64,000 nt of DNA from Ferruginibacter sp. (GTDB lineage: Bacteria > Bacteroidota > Bacteroidia > Chitinophagales > Chitinophagaceae): positions 4,960 to 68,959 of the forward strand of contig JBBJMD010000003.1 of the NCBI GenBank assembly GCA_037719925.1, given 5' to 3'. The notes under the pieces were generated by a model, which saw only the letters and a list, made by a program, of their open reading frames with translations, was not told the origin of the DNA and searched no databases. A program made the position numbers and the translations under genes. This document shows, piece by piece, positions 20,881 through 32,455 of this stretch. The stretch's first letter is position 1. Each line of letters opens with the position of its first letter.

Positions 20881-21003
20881 TCACATAGTGCCTGGCTTTT
20901 TCCCTGCCGGTTTTACAGGCACATGATTCATTTCAGGAATTGTTAATAAAGGGAGTGCGATAATCAAAGCTACTACCTGCATGGCAAATCCGGTCTTTTT
21001 CAT
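20881..21003 (-). CDS. possible 40-aa small protein with signal-like N-terminus (may be truncated)
   Basis: MKKTGFAMQVVALIIALPLLTIPEMNHVPVKPAGKKPGTM with an A-rich upstream region. No family recognised. Confidence 0.3.
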   Translation of the reverse strand: MKKTGFAMQVVALIIALPLLTIPEMNHVPVKPAGKKPGTM

Positions 21004-21430
21004 TTTTCCTGGTTTTTGAAGTTATTTTTTGTTTGATGATTAATTGTTTTTGCCACCTTAAAGATGGCCAGGAAACACCAATGCTGTTATCGCATATTGA
21101 TGGATAATTGGAAGTCTTTACAACTTTATGAACCGTATCTGCCACATCAATATGTGTAAGCAACTAAAATGTCGCCTTCAAATGCTTTGCGAAACTTTAA
21201 GAATTTCAACTTCAGGCAATGTAGTGCGTATGAGGCTTTGGCGACCGAATTGAATAACCCTGGTTTCAATAATTTTTCTTGACTGGTAAAAATCAGGAGT
21301 ATCGCCATGCTGGTAGGTTGCAATAGAGATCAGTGACAAAGTTTTATGCATTACCATTTAACCGAATTATAGCTTTTACTATTAAGGATTAATGTAAGTT
21401 TGCGGATCAGGCTACTGTAAATATTTATCA

Positions 21431-23053
21431 ATGGATCTCACAGCATCTTATATATCATACGGCGATACCCGTTATTTCTCAAAAATCGTTTTGGATTATC
21501 TGGCTCAAGCTCCCTCTATTCAACCATTTTACAGGCACCCGGTTTCCCTGGAGGGTATAAAGGCATCGATCACGGCGCGGCAGGGAATTGCTACCGACAG
21601 GCAATTGCTCGTTGATGTTTTACAAAAACAATATGCCTCGGTACCAGTCAGTGAGTCTGTTGCAAAAAATATCGGGCTATTGCAAAACGATAATACTTTT
21701 ACCCTTTGTACGGCTCACCAGCCAAACATTTTTACCGGTCCGCTATATTTTATTTATAAGATTTTACATGTGGTAAAACTCGCCGGGGAGCTAAAAGAGC
21801 AATTGAAGGATAATGATTTTGTGCCGGTTTATTATATGGGAAGTGAAGATGCGGACCTCGATGAATTGGGCCATATTTACATCGATGGAGAAAAGTACGA
21901 TTGGAAAACTAACCAGGCCGGGGCCGTCGGCAGAATGAAAGTTGACAGGGCCCTCGTTGACCTGATCGATACCGTCAGCGGGCAGTTGCTGGTACATCCT
22001 TATGGTGCTGAGATTATCGGTTTAATGAAAGAATGTTATAAAGAAAATGTTACCATCGCCGAGGCTACATTTCAATTGGTAAACAGGTTGTTCGGAGATT
22101 ATGGAGTTGTCATTTTATTGCCTGACAACCCACGCCTCAAAAACGCTTTTATACCGGTAATTGAAAAAGAGCTGACAACGGAATTTTCATATTCAATGGT
22201 TCAGGACACCATTACAAAATTTCCGGTAGAATATAAAGTGCAGGCAAGTGGGAGGGAACTTAATTTGTTTTATTTGAAAGATGACAAGCGTGAAAGAATC
22301 GAAATGGTAAAGGGTGAATGGTCGGTGGTAAATACGAACCTGAAGTTTACAAAAGAAGGCATCCTGGCTGAGCTGAAAGAGTTCCCCGGCCGTTTTAGCC
22401 CCAATGTAATTCTTCGCCCCGTATTCCAGGAATGGATATTGCCAAATGTCGCGTTTATCGGTGGTGGGGGTGAAATTGCCTACTGGCTTCAGTTGAAGAA
22501 AGTATTTGAAGCGGTTGAGGTGCCTTACCCGGTGTTGATGGTGCGGAATTCATTCCTCCTTGTGAGCAGGCAAATACAAGCCGCCGTCAACAAATTAAAG
22601 TTTGGTCATGGGGACCTGTTTCAAACCGAACAGGAATTGATCAATCAACTTGTAAAACGGGAATCTGTACTCCAGCTAAGCCTTCAGAATGAATACAGGG
22701 AACTGGCCGAATTCTATGAAAAGTTGAAACTAATTACAGCCGATATAGATATTACGCTGCAGCGACATACGTCCGCGCTGCAGACACGCGGTTTAAAATT
22801 GCTTGCGGCATTGGAAAAGAAAATGCTCCGCGCGGAAAAAAGAAAGTTTGAAGTTGAACAAAGAAAATTGGAAAAAATAAAAAGACAACTTTTCCCACTC
22901 AATAATCTGCAGGAACGGGTGGATAACCTGATGCCTTATTATGCAGTCCACGGAAAAGGCTTTATAGAGATGATCTACAATCATTCGAAAGGCCTGGAGC
23001 AGAAATTCGGGGTGTTGATTGAAAACGAAATGTCCCCGGTAACGCAGGCATAG
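21431..23053 (+). CDS. bshC: bacillithiol biosynthesis cysteine-adding enzyme
   Basis: TAHQPNIFTGPLY, SEDADLDE, FSPNVILRP, GGGGEIAYW, LQER. Confidence 0.95.
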   Translation: MDLTASYISYGDTRYFSKIVLDYLAQAPSIQPFYRHPVSLEGIKASITARQGIATDRQLLVDVLQKQYASVPVSESVAKNIGLLQNDNTFTLCTAHQPNIFTGPLYFIYKILHVVKLAGELKEQLKDNDFVPVYYMGSEDADLDELGHIYIDGEKYDWKTNQAGAVGRMKVDRALVDLIDTVSGQLLVHPYGAEIIGLMKECYKENVTIAEATFQLVNRLFGDYGVVILLPDNPRLKNAFIPVIEKELTTEFSYSMVQDTITKFPVEYKVQASGRELNLFYLKDDKRERIEMVKGEWSVVNTNLKFTKEGILAELKEFPGRFSPNVILRPVFQEWILPNVAFIGGGGEIAYWLQLKKVFEAVEVPYPVLMVRNSFLLVSRQIQAAVNKLKFGHGDLFQTEQELINQLVKRESVLQLSLQNEYRELAEFYEKLKLITADIDITLQRHTSALQTRGLKLLAALEKKMLRAEKRKFEVEQRKLEKIKRQLFPLNNLQERVDNLMPYYAVHGKGFIEMIYNHSKGLEQKFGVLIENEMSPVTQA

Positions 23054-23127
23054 TTAAGGTCTGACAGACTTCCTGTAGCTGAATGTTGGTGACCCCTCAA
23101 TGAAGGAGCAAGAAGGCTATATAAAAT

Positions 23128-23643
23128 TTATTTATCAAAAGCGTTGGTAAACCCCAGGCGTTTCACATTCTTTACGCTTTCCATCACGATATCATCCTGG
23201 TACTCTTTGTAAGCTTCGAGTTTGCCTGCAATGGATGGATCATGCAGGGCTAAGATCTGGGCAGCCAGTATCCCGGCATTCTTTGCGCCGTTAAGGGCAA
23301 CCGTTGCTACCGGCACACCATATGGCATTTGCAAAATGGATAACATGGAATCCCAGCCGTCTATTGAATTGGAGGATTTTACGGGAACGCCGATCACCGG
23401 GAGGATAGTATTAGCAGCAACCATACCCGGTAAATGCGCAGCTCCTCCGGCACCGGCGATGATCACCTTTAAACCTCTTTCTTTAGCCTTGCGGGCATAT
23501 TCACGTAACCGCTCAGGAGTGCGGTGTGCAGATACAATGGTCAATTCAGGCTCCACTTCAAACTGGCGAAGCATTTCAGCAGCGCCCTTCATAATTTCAA
23601 GGTCGCTTTCGCTGCCCATTATAATTCCGACAAGAGGGTTCAT
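23128..23643 (-). CDS. purE: N5-carboxyaminoimidazole ribonucleotide mutase
   Basis: [30 protein letters not shown]. Confidence 0.96.
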   Translation of the reverse strand: MNPLVGIIMGSESDLEIMKGAAEMLRQFEVEPELTIVSAHRTPERLREYARKAKERGLKVIIAGAGGAAHLPGMVAANTILPVIGVPVKSSNSIDGWDSMLSILQMPYGVPVATVALNGAKNAGILAAQILALHDPSIAGKLEAYKEYQDDIVMESVKNVKRLGFTNAFDK

Positions 23644-23863
23644 GCTTTTTATTTTACGCAAAGAAAGGCAAAAATTGTAAATGCCGCCGGCTATATTTTT
23701 TTAATACTTATTTTTTAATAACACCGATTGTTCTTGCTTAAAAAGGCTTCTAATAATGTAATCTGATGTATCAATTGGCTGCCGTTAGTTTCCTGGCGGC
23801 CAAAATTGCATCACTTAAAACTTACTATATTTGACGTTACTAATACACAAACGATGATCACCA

Positions 23864-24964
23864 ATGCATAATTTTGTTAAAAACCTTGTCTATATTTTAT
23901 CGTCCATTTCGCTTGTTTTTCTTTTTACCAAATGTGAAAATAAATCAAAGGCTTCAGCGGCTAATACCCCAAAGGCCAATCCGCCCGTTATAGTAGATAT
24001 CATAATTGCGGAAAAACAATCCATCAGTAATATAATTGAAGCTAATGGCACGGTGATCGCCAATGAATATGTTGAACTGCGCCCGGAAGTAAGTGGAAGA
24101 CTTACTTATTTGAACCTGCAGGAAGGCAGACTCATAACAAAAGGAACCGTAATTGCCAGGGTAAATGATGCTGACCTGCTTGCACAAGTATCAAAAAGCA
24201 GGGTACAGCTGGATCTTGCCCAAAAAACGGTCGATCGCTTAAAGCAACTCCTGGATATAAGCGGCGTCAACCAGGCCGATTACGACCTTGCATTGAACCA
24301 GGTTAATTCATTACAGGCAGATATGGTCTATACCAGGGCCCTCATTGATAAAACCGTGGTAAGGGCCCCATTTACCGGTACGGCGGGGTTAAGACAGGTT
24401 AGTCCGGGTGCGTATGTTACCCCATCTACCATCATCGCTACCTTACAGCAAACCAGGGTAGTTAAGATCGATTTTACTTTACCTGAAATGTATGTCAGTG
24501 CTATAAAAATAGGTGCGCTCATCGAAGTGGAAGTAGATGCGTTAACCAAAGAAAGAAGCAAGGCCATTATTCTGGCGACTGAACCGGGGGCCAATACTAA
24601 TACCAGGAACCTGAAGGTAAGGGCGTTATTGAAAGGAGGCGTGGCCAATCCGGGCGCCTTCGTAAAAGTGTATATAGAAGCAGCAAAAGACCGGTCTTCC
24701 ATTAAAGTTCCTGCAAATTGTATTATTCCAGATGATAAGAACAACCAGGTTGTACTGGTTAAAAATGGGATGGCCAATTTTGTCAACATTGAGACCGGCA
24801 TCCGGGAATCTAATACGGTAGAAGTAACAGGCGGTATTAATGTGGGCGATTCCGTAGTCGTTACGGGGGTATTGTTTGCCCGGCCCAAGTCTGTTCTAAA
24901 AGTAAGGCAGGTAAAAAAGCTGTCGGCAACTGCTGATAGTTCGAATACAAATAAAAATCAATAG
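23864..24964 (+). CDS. RND efflux periplasmic adaptor (MFP)
   Basis: RPEVSG and RAPFTG hairpin/lipoyl motifs; upstream of an RND permease. Confidence 0.9.
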   Translation: MHNFVKNLVYILSSISLVFLFTKCENKSKASAANTPKANPPVIVDIIIAEKQSISNIIEANGTVIANEYVELRPEVSGRLTYLNLQEGRLITKGTVIARVNDADLLAQVSKSRVQLDLAQKTVDRLKQLLDISGVNQADYDLALNQVNSLQADMVYTRALIDKTVVRAPFTGTAGLRQVSPGAYVTPSTIIATLQQTRVVKIDFTLPEMYVSAIKIGALIEVEVDALTKERSKAIILATEPGANTNTRNLKVRALLKGGVANPGAFVKVYIEAAKDRSSIKVPANCIIPDDKNNQVVLVKNGMANFVNIETGIRESNTVEVTGGINVGDSVVVTGVLFARPKSVLKVRQVKKLSATADSSNTNKNQ

Positions 24965-25092
24965 AAAAAACCGCCAGGTAGATTTTAAATAATAACAGCC
25001 AACCAACAACCAAAATATTTTGGCATTTGCCAGTTTAAGGCACGATGACCGGTACCTGCTGATTCAAAAAAAATATACCCCGTTTCAATTGC

Positions 25093-28000
25093 ATGAATAT
25101 TTCTGAATTTTCTTTAAAACGCCCGGTTTTTGCCACGGTTTTAAACCTGATGATCATATTGTTTGGCGTAGTCGGATATACCTTTTTGGCCGTGCGCGAT
25201 TATCCTGCAATTGACCCGGCTATTATCAATATCAGTACGTCCTACACCGGCGCCAATCCCGATATCATGGAGAGCCAGGTAACGGAGCCATTGGAAAAGC
25301 AGATCAATGGGATACCGGGCATCAGGACGATCACTTCCTCCAGTACATTGGGCAACAGTAATATTACAGTAGAATTCGAATTGAGTGTAAATCTCGAAGC
25401 GGCCGCCAGCGATGTGCGTGACAAAGTGGGACAGGCAAGCAGGAGTTTGCCCCAGGATATTGATGCTCCCCCGGTAGTTACCAAAGCAGATGCAAACAGC
25501 GACTTTATTTTGATCCTGGCAGTGCAAAGCAGGAGCAAGGGTTTATTGGAATTGAGTGATTACGCGGAAAATGTATTGCAACAGCAATTTCAAACCATCA
25601 ACCAGGTAAGCTCGGTAAATATCTTCGGGCAAAAGCGGTATGCCATGCGCATCTGGATAGATCCGGATAAAATGACTTCGCAGGGAGTATCTTTTTCTGA
25701 TCTAAGAACCGCATTAAATAGTGAAAACGTAGATCTGCCACCCGGAAAGATCTACGGCAATAATACGGAGCTTACCATTAAAACTCTGGGAAGGCTTACT
25801 TCAGAAAAAGATTTCCGCGATTTGATTCTGCGCTCCGACAGCGCAGGTATCCTGCGTTTGAGTGATGTAGCAAGGGTAGAGATTGGGCCCGAGAACCTGG
25901 AACAGGGTTGGAAATACAATGGTGTAAATGCCGTTGGTATTGTATTGATCCCACAGCCGGGCGCCAATAATATTCAAATTGCGGATGATTTTAATAAAAA
26001 ACTGGAAGCCATCAAGAAAACGAACAGGTCGGATATAGAAATGAATGTATTGTTGGATAATACAACCAATATCCGCAAATCGATAAGTGAGGTAAAGGAA
26101 ACGTTACTGATTTCGTTTACACTGGTGGTACTGGTTATCTTTTTCTTTTTCCGGGATTGGCTGATCGCCATTCGGCCATTGATAGATATCCCGATTTCAT
26201 TGGTGGCCACTTTTTTTATCATGTATTTTTCGGGCTTCTCCATCAATATATTAACCTTGTTAGGTATTGTACTGGCTACGGGGCTGGTAGTGGATGATGG
26301 TATCGTGGTAACAGAAAATATTTTTAGCAAATTTGAAAAGGGAATGCCGATCCGCCAGGCAGCATTAGAGGGAAGCAAAGAGATTTTTTTTGCGGTTATT
26401 TCTACTTCTGTCACGCTGGCAGTGGTATTTTTACCGGTTATATTCCTGGAAGGGTTCATTGGCCGCCTGTTCCGCGAATTCGGTGTAACCCTCGCGGCAG
26501 CGGTGCTTATATCCGCACTGGTATCGCTTACAATTACGCCTGTTTTAAATGTGGTGCTAAACAGGAAAAAGGCGGGGCATGGTAAATTTTATATGAAAAC
26601 AGAACCATTTTTTATCGGCATGGAAAATGGTTACCAGCGATGGTTAAAGGTCTTTCTAAAAGTACGATGGCTATCGTGGGTAGTAGTGGCAATTTGTGTT
26701 GTTATGATTGGACTTATCATGACCGGTTTACAATCCGAAATAGCACCCCTGGAAGACAGGAACAGTGTTCGTTTTACAGTCACCGGGGCAGAGGGTACCA
26801 GTTATAGCAGCATGCAAAGAATATCGGACGAGATCAGCAATTACTTGTATGACTCAGTGCCAGAAAGGGATTTTGTATTTGCCAGGACTCCGGCAGGAGG
26901 ATCCGTCAATACCTCTCAGCCAAGGTTGGGTTTGGTTGGTTCCTCGTCGCGCGACCGGTCGCAGGCGGTAATAGCAAATGATCTTCAAAAAAAATTAAGC
27001 CGTTTCAATGAAGCCAGGATTTTTGCCATACAGGAACAAACCATTGCGGTGGGTGCCGGTTCCAGGGGTGGGTTACCCGTACAATATGTGTTGCAAAATC
27101 AAGAACTGGAAAAACTAAAGGATGTAATTCCTAAATTTCTGGAAGAGGCAAGAAAAGATAAAACATTTGCCAATGTTGACGTAAACCTTAAATTCAATAA
27201 ACCGGAAGTAGAACTAACACTGGACAGGATAAAGATAAAGGATCTTGGCCTGTCCTCACAGGAGGTTGTGGCTGCACTGCAATCTGCTTTTAGCGGGGGG
27301 AGGCTGGCTTATTTTATAATGAAGGGATACCAGTACTCCGTTATAGCCCAGGTAGACAGGCGCGATCGCAGTGAACCCACGGATATTACAAAACTGTTTG
27401 TTCGTAACAACCGGGGAGAAAATATTCCGGTTAGCGCTGTGATAAAATTAGATGAAAGCAGCAGCCCGGCAACCTTGTTTCATTATAACCGATATAAATC
27501 TGCAACAATTTCGGCTTCCCTGGCGGAGGGCAAAACGATCGGCGATGGCGTGAAAGCAATGGATGCGATAGGGAAAAACTATTGGACGAGAGTTACCAGA
27601 CCTCGTTAACAGGCCCATCCAGGGATTATGCCGAAAGCTCCTCCAATATTGCTTTTGCATTCGGATTGGCGCTGATGCTGATCTACCTTATCCTGGCTGC
27701 ACAGTTTGAAAGTTTTGTCGATCCCTTTATCATCATGCTTACTGTACCGCTGGCGATGGCGGGAGCTTTGCTGAGCCTGTTTATATTCGGTCAAACATTG
27801 AATATTTTTTCCGAGATCGGAATGATCATGCTGATCGGCCTGGTAACAAAGAATGGTATCCTGATAGTGGAATTCGCCAATCAAAAAAGAGAGCAGGGCC
27901 TTGACAGGGTGGAAGCCGTACTCGTAGCTGCCCAACAGCGCTTACGTCCTATTTTGATGACCAGCCTGGCAACGTCATTAGGTGCATTGCCTATCGCGCT

Positions 28001-28190
28001 GGGTTTGGGCGCATCAGCCAGCAGCAGGGTACCTTTGGGGATCGTGGTAGTTGGGGGAATTGTTTTTTCACTGGTACTTACATTGTTTATCATTCCGGCC
28101 ATCTATACCTTTTTGTCACGTAAACAAAAAACAGGAAATACCCCGGCTGAAGTGGAAAATAAAATAGAAGAAACACCTGGGCAGGTTTAA
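25093..28190 (+). CDS. RND efflux permease (AcrB-like), one frameshift near 27575
   Basis: RPVFA, GLVVDDGIV, GLVTKNGILIVE, RLRPILMT. The two ORFs join if one A is added at gggaaaaa. Confidence 0.9.
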
Positions 28191-28283
28191 AATCGTTCAG
28201 CAGGCATCCCGGTGATGGGGAATAATAAAATCAAAATAGCCAGCATTAGTAAGCTGCGATCAGGGTTAATCAACAATTTTACA

Positions 28284-29588
28284 ATGATAATAAAAGCGGT
28301 CATATATTTTTTCTTATTGATGATCTCCATTTCAGGCACCGGGCAGGAAGTATTGCGTTTACCCGATGCCGTTAATATCGCATTGAAAAATAGCCTGGAC
28401 ATTCAACTGGCCAACAATTCCGTTGAAGCAAATACGCTCTTGAATAATAGGGGGATTGCCGGCGGGCTTCCCGTTGTAACCGCTACGTTATCGGATAATG
28501 AGCAAATATCAAGTATCAACCAAAAGTTTAACACGGGTGATTCTTCAATTTTCAGGAATGCGGCTGCTACCAATAACCTCAATTCAAATCTTGCTATCAG
28601 CATACTCCTATATAACGGAAACAGGGTAGTGGCAACCAGGCACCGATTGGCGCAATTGCAGAAACAAAGCCAGGAAATACTCAACTCACAGATCCAGAAT
28701 ATTATCAGCGGGGTGATGACAAGCTATTACGATATTGTTCGCCAGCAAAGTTATTTAAAGACCATTGAAAGATCGATCGATGCTTCGGGGCAGCAGTTAC
28801 AAATCGTACAGACAAGACAAAGCGTGGGCCTGGCCAATAATGCGGATCTTTTCCAGGCCCAGATCGACCTGAATGCATTGTTGCAGGAACAAATATCGCA
28901 GCAGCTGATCATCGACCAGGCAAAAACAGAGTTACTCCGGCAGCTCACCCTCCGGCCTGATTCATTGATCAATATTTCAGATACGATCCTCGTAGACAGG
29001 ACGTTGGTACTGGACGAGGTATTAAATAACCTTCATAAAAACCCGGATATAATAGCTTCGCAAGACCAGGTAAGGATCAATGAGCTGATCGTTAAAGAAA
29101 CCGCGGCCCTTAGATATCCTTCAGTCAGGGCAAACACCGGTTACAATTTTACCCGCAACCAGGCGGCTGCAGGGCAATTTTCACTTAACCAGAATTATGG
29201 CCCCTCACTCGGTTTTACAATTGGCATCCCCATTTTTAACGGTTCAATATTCCGGCGACAAAAGCAAGTAGCCGAGATCAATGTGCGAAATGCAGATTTG
29301 AATAAGCAAATACTTGTCAGGGATTACAGTTCGCAGGTAGTAAAATCTTATCAATCCTATGCCTCAACAATCAGGCAACTGGAAAACGAACAAAATAACT
29401 ACACATTGTCTTCTCAATTACTTGAACTGGCATTGAAGCGTTTCGAATTTAAACAGGCCACCATTGTAGATGTGAAGAATGCCCAGCAAAGTTTTGAAGA
29501 ATCCGGTTACAGGCTGGTGAATCTTAACTTTGCCGCCAAGTTTGCGGAAATAGAATTAAAGCGGCTGGGAAACCAACTGGCCTTGTAG
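28284..29588 (+). CDS. TolC family outer membrane factor
   Basis: Two OEP repeats (ALKNSLDI, IPIFNG), third gene of the RND triad. Alternative start at 28212. Confidence 0.9.
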   Translation: MIIKAVIYFFLLMISISGTGQEVLRLPDAVNIALKNSLDIQLANNSVEANTLLNNRGIAGGLPVVTATLSDNEQISSINQKFNTGDSSIFRNAAATNNLNSNLAISILLYNGNRVVATRHRLAQLQKQSQEILNSQIQNIISGVMTSYYDIVRQQSYLKTIERSIDASGQQLQIVQTRQSVGLANNADLFQAQIDLNALLQEQISQQLIIDQAKTELLRQLTLRPDSLINISDTILVDRTLVLDEVLNNLHKNPDIIASQDQVRINELIVKETAALRYPSVRANTGYNFTRNQAAAGQFSLNQNYGPSLGFTIGIPIFNGSIFRRQKQVAEINVRNADLNKQILVRDYSSQVVKSYQSYASTIRQLENEQNNYTLSSQLLELALKRFEFKQATIVDVKNAQQSFEESGYRLVNLNFAAKFAEIELKRLGNQLAL

Positions 29589-29705
29589 GGGTGCAGTGTT
29601 TTAGAACAGTGGCCGGTAATTAAATTCGTTCATTCAAATAAAGCCCGCAATTTTACTCCTCTTCCTTCAATATAAAATTAAAAGTACGGCATCATCCTAC
29701 CAACA

Positions 29706-30830
29706 TCACCTGCTCTCTACCTTCACCGTATTTTTTACGCGGTTGGCCTGGTGTATCAATTCCTGCTTTTCCTTACTGAGAATGGTAATATGCCCCATTT
29801 TACGTCCCGGCCGGGTTTCTTTTTTACCATAAATATGGATAAAAACATTTTCTATCTTCAAAATCTCCTGCAGCCCTTCATAGTGGACTTTTCCTGAAAA
29901 TCCATCCGCGCCCACGAGGTTAACGATAGCCGCAGGTAATATGTGTTCAGTGCTTCCCAGCGGAAAATCAAGCATTATTCTCCACAACATGTCAAACTGG
30001 GAAGAATAATTTGCTTCAATGGAATGATGTCCGCTGTTGTGTACCCGGGGGGCTGTTTCATTTACAAATACATTGTCTGTTGTATCAACAAAAACTTCCA
30101 CGGCAAAGATCCCGGGGCTATTCAATTCCTTTACCACTTTCATAGCAATGGCTTCAACCTTCCATAGTAAATTCTCTGGCAAATCCGCCGGGCTCACCTG
30201 GTATTCCAGCAAGTTGAGCCGCTGATCAAAAAGCATATCCACGGCAGGATATACCCTTGTTTCCTTTTTATCATTTACGGCTACTATCACCGAGATTTCC
30301 TTTTTTATTTTCACCATCTTCTCCAACACAGCCGGTGCATCGAAACCTTTTTCAATGTCATGTTTGTTAGTAATTATTTGTACGCCCCTGCCATCGTAAC
30401 CGCCCATGCCTATTTTATGTACGGCGGGTAAAAAATTCTCCTGTTGTTTTAATTCGGACAGGTCCTGCGTAATAATAAAATCACTGGAAGGTATTTCGTG
30501 ATCCTTGTAAAATTGTTTTTGCAGGATTTTATTTTTTATGATCCTTAGGGCTGCAGGTTTGGGGTAAATTTTTACCCCCTCACTTTCGAGCTTTTCAAGT
30601 GCATCTTCATTTACACTTTCTATCTCGATCGTAAGTGCATCAAGTCCCTGGCCAAAATTATAGACATCATCAAAACTGGTAATATCACCCTGGATAAAAT
30701 GATGACACAAATGAGCCGCCGGGCATTCACTGTCACTTTCCATTATAAATGTTTCTACAGGATAATTGATCGCCGCCTGTAACAGCATTCTGCCGAGTTG
30801 CCCGCCGCCGAGAATTCCAATTTTTTTCAT
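29706..30830 (-). CDS. purK: N5-carboxyaminoimidazole ribonucleotide synthase
   Basis: GGGQLGRM, GYDGRG, NETAPRVHNSGH, YGK...RKMGH. Confidence 0.96.
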   Translation of the reverse strand: MKKIGILGGGQLGRMLLQAAINYPVETFIMESDSECPAAHLCHHFIQGDITSFDDVYNFGQGLDALTIEIESVNEDALEKLESEGVKIYPKPAALRIIKNKILQKQFYKDHEIPSSDFIITQDLSELKQQENFLPAVHKIGMGGYDGRGVQIITNKHDIEKGFDAPAVLEKMVKIKKEISVIVAVNDKKETRVYPAVDMLFDQRLNLLEYQVSPADLPENLLWKVEAIAMKVVKELNSPGIFAVEVFVDTTDNVFVNETAPRVHNSGHHSIEANYSSQFDMLWRIMLDFPLGSTEHILPAAIVNLVGADGFSGKVHYEGLQEILKIENVFIHIYGKKETRPGRKMGHITILSKEKQELIHQANRVKNTVKVESR

Positions 30831-30834
30831 AGCG

Positions 30835-30842
30835 CAAATATA
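30835..30842 (-). promoter_or_regulatory. -7 promoter element for purK
   Basis: TATATTTG only 4 nt before the ATG. Confidence 0.6.
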
Positions 30843-31114
30843 GAATCTACTGATGATGTGGCTGCAACTTTCGTTATCTTTGTTATCAGCTATTGCAACG
30901 GTTATTTACCGAAGCCGTTCAATTAGAGATAGCAAATACTGGTTCATTTTATCATAGTAATTATCATGTAAAGTTTCCGCTATGCTTCCCGATTACCCGC
31001 ATAAAATATTCCCCGACAAGCGAACCAGCTATAATTTACTCCTGCTGGCTTTGGCCATGGATACGTTGCGTTAAAATTTACCACAAAATTTTTAACCAGG
31101 ATAAATCCATCTAT

Positions 31115-32248
31115 ATGCAAACACTGTTCGAAAAGGACGGGGATAATTACTCTCCTGAGCCTGATTTCCTGCCCTTGCTGGGTACCGATTATGTCGAATT
31201 TTATGTAGGCAATGCCAAACAGGCGGCCCATTTTTATAAAACGGCTTTTGGTTTTCAATCGCTCGCCTATGCGGGCCCGGAAACTGGTTTGACCAATAAG
31301 GTCAGTTACGTGATCCGTCAGAATAAACTGACATTCGTTTTAACCACACCACTAAAGCCAGGCAATGCCATAGCAGATCACATTCAAAAACATGGTGATG
31401 GTGTAAAGGTATTAGCGCTAATGGTGGATGATGCAGCCGGGGCCTGGAACGAAACTACGAGCCGCGGTGGGAAAAGTTATATGGAGCCCTTTTCGCTGAA
31501 GGATGAGGATGGCGAAGTGATGATCAGCGGCATCCATACTTATGGAGATACCGTACATTTATTTATCGAGAGAAAGAACTATGCAGGTATTTTTATGCCC
31601 GGTTTTATAGCATGGAAATCCGGTTATAATCCTGCTGAAACAGGGCTTTTATATGTGGATCACTGCGTAGGAAATGTAGGCTGGAACCAGATGGACCCCT
31701 GGGTTTCATTTTATGAAACAGTGATGGGGTTTCGCAATATTCTGACCTTTGATGACAACGATATTTCAACCGAGTATTCTGCCCTGATGAGTAAAGTGAT
31801 GAGTAACGGCAACGGGTATGTTAAATTCCCGATCAACGAGCCAGCTGCAGGGAAAAGGAAAAGCCAGGTGGAGGAATATCTTGATTTTTACAATGGGGAG
31901 GGCGTGCAACATGTAGCGATAGCCACTTCAGATATCGTAAGGACGGTAACAGAACTTAAAAACCGCGGTATTGAATTTTTAAAGATACCCGATAGCTATT
32001 ACAATGATGTATTGGAAAGGGTTGGTAAAATAGAGGAAGACCTGGAGCCATTGAGTAAATTGGGGATTTTAATCGACCGGGATGAAGAGGGATATTTATT
32101 ACAGATCTTTACACGGCCGTTGCTGGATAGGCCCACGGTTTTTTTTGAGATCATACAACGCAAGGGGGCCAAAAGTTTTGGAAAAGGAAATTTCAAAGCC
32201 TTGTTTGAAGCATTGGAAAGAGAGCAGGATGCCCGCGGAAATTTATAA
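31115..32248 (+). CDS. hppD: 4-hydroxyphenylpyruvate dioxygenase
   Basis: HGDGVK, DHCVGN, GVQHVA, LLQIFT, FFEIIQR, GKGNFKALFE. True start at 31115. Confidence 0.96.
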   Translation: MQTLFEKDGDNYSPEPDFLPLLGTDYVEFYVGNAKQAAHFYKTAFGFQSLAYAGPETGLTNKVSYVIRQNKLTFVLTTPLKPGNAIADHIQKHGDGVKVLALMVDDAAGAWNETTSRGGKSYMEPFSLKDEDGEVMISGIHTYGDTVHLFIERKNYAGIFMPGFIAWKSGYNPAETGLLYVDHCVGNVGWNQMDPWVSFYETVMGFRNILTFDDNDISTEYSALMSKVMSNGNGYVKFPINEPAAGKRKSQVEEYLDFYNGEGVQHVAIATSDIVRTVTELKNRGIEFLKIPDSYYNDVLERVGKIEEDLEPLSKLGILIDRDEEGYLLQIFTRPLLDRPTVFFEIIQRKGAKSFGKGNFKALFEALEREQDARGNL

Positions 32249-32455
32249 AGGAAAAAGGAGCTAAAATCATGGAATCACGCGTGGTACCTTTCTGAAAAGA
32301 ATCGGGGACCAGCATCGTAATAGTATAACTAAAAACCCTTCGTGCCTGTAATTGTGTAAGCATTATATTTTCATTAAACAGGGCTTTTAACAAATCGAAC
32401 TTCAATAAAAATGTTACTTTTACGTTTATTCAATAATGACGTCAAATTATTATTA

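Noticed and set aside
30893-31114. 74-aa N-terminal extension of HppD in the ORF track
   Set aside because: It starts at TTG and has no homology-like features. ATG 31115 gives a normal-length enzyme.
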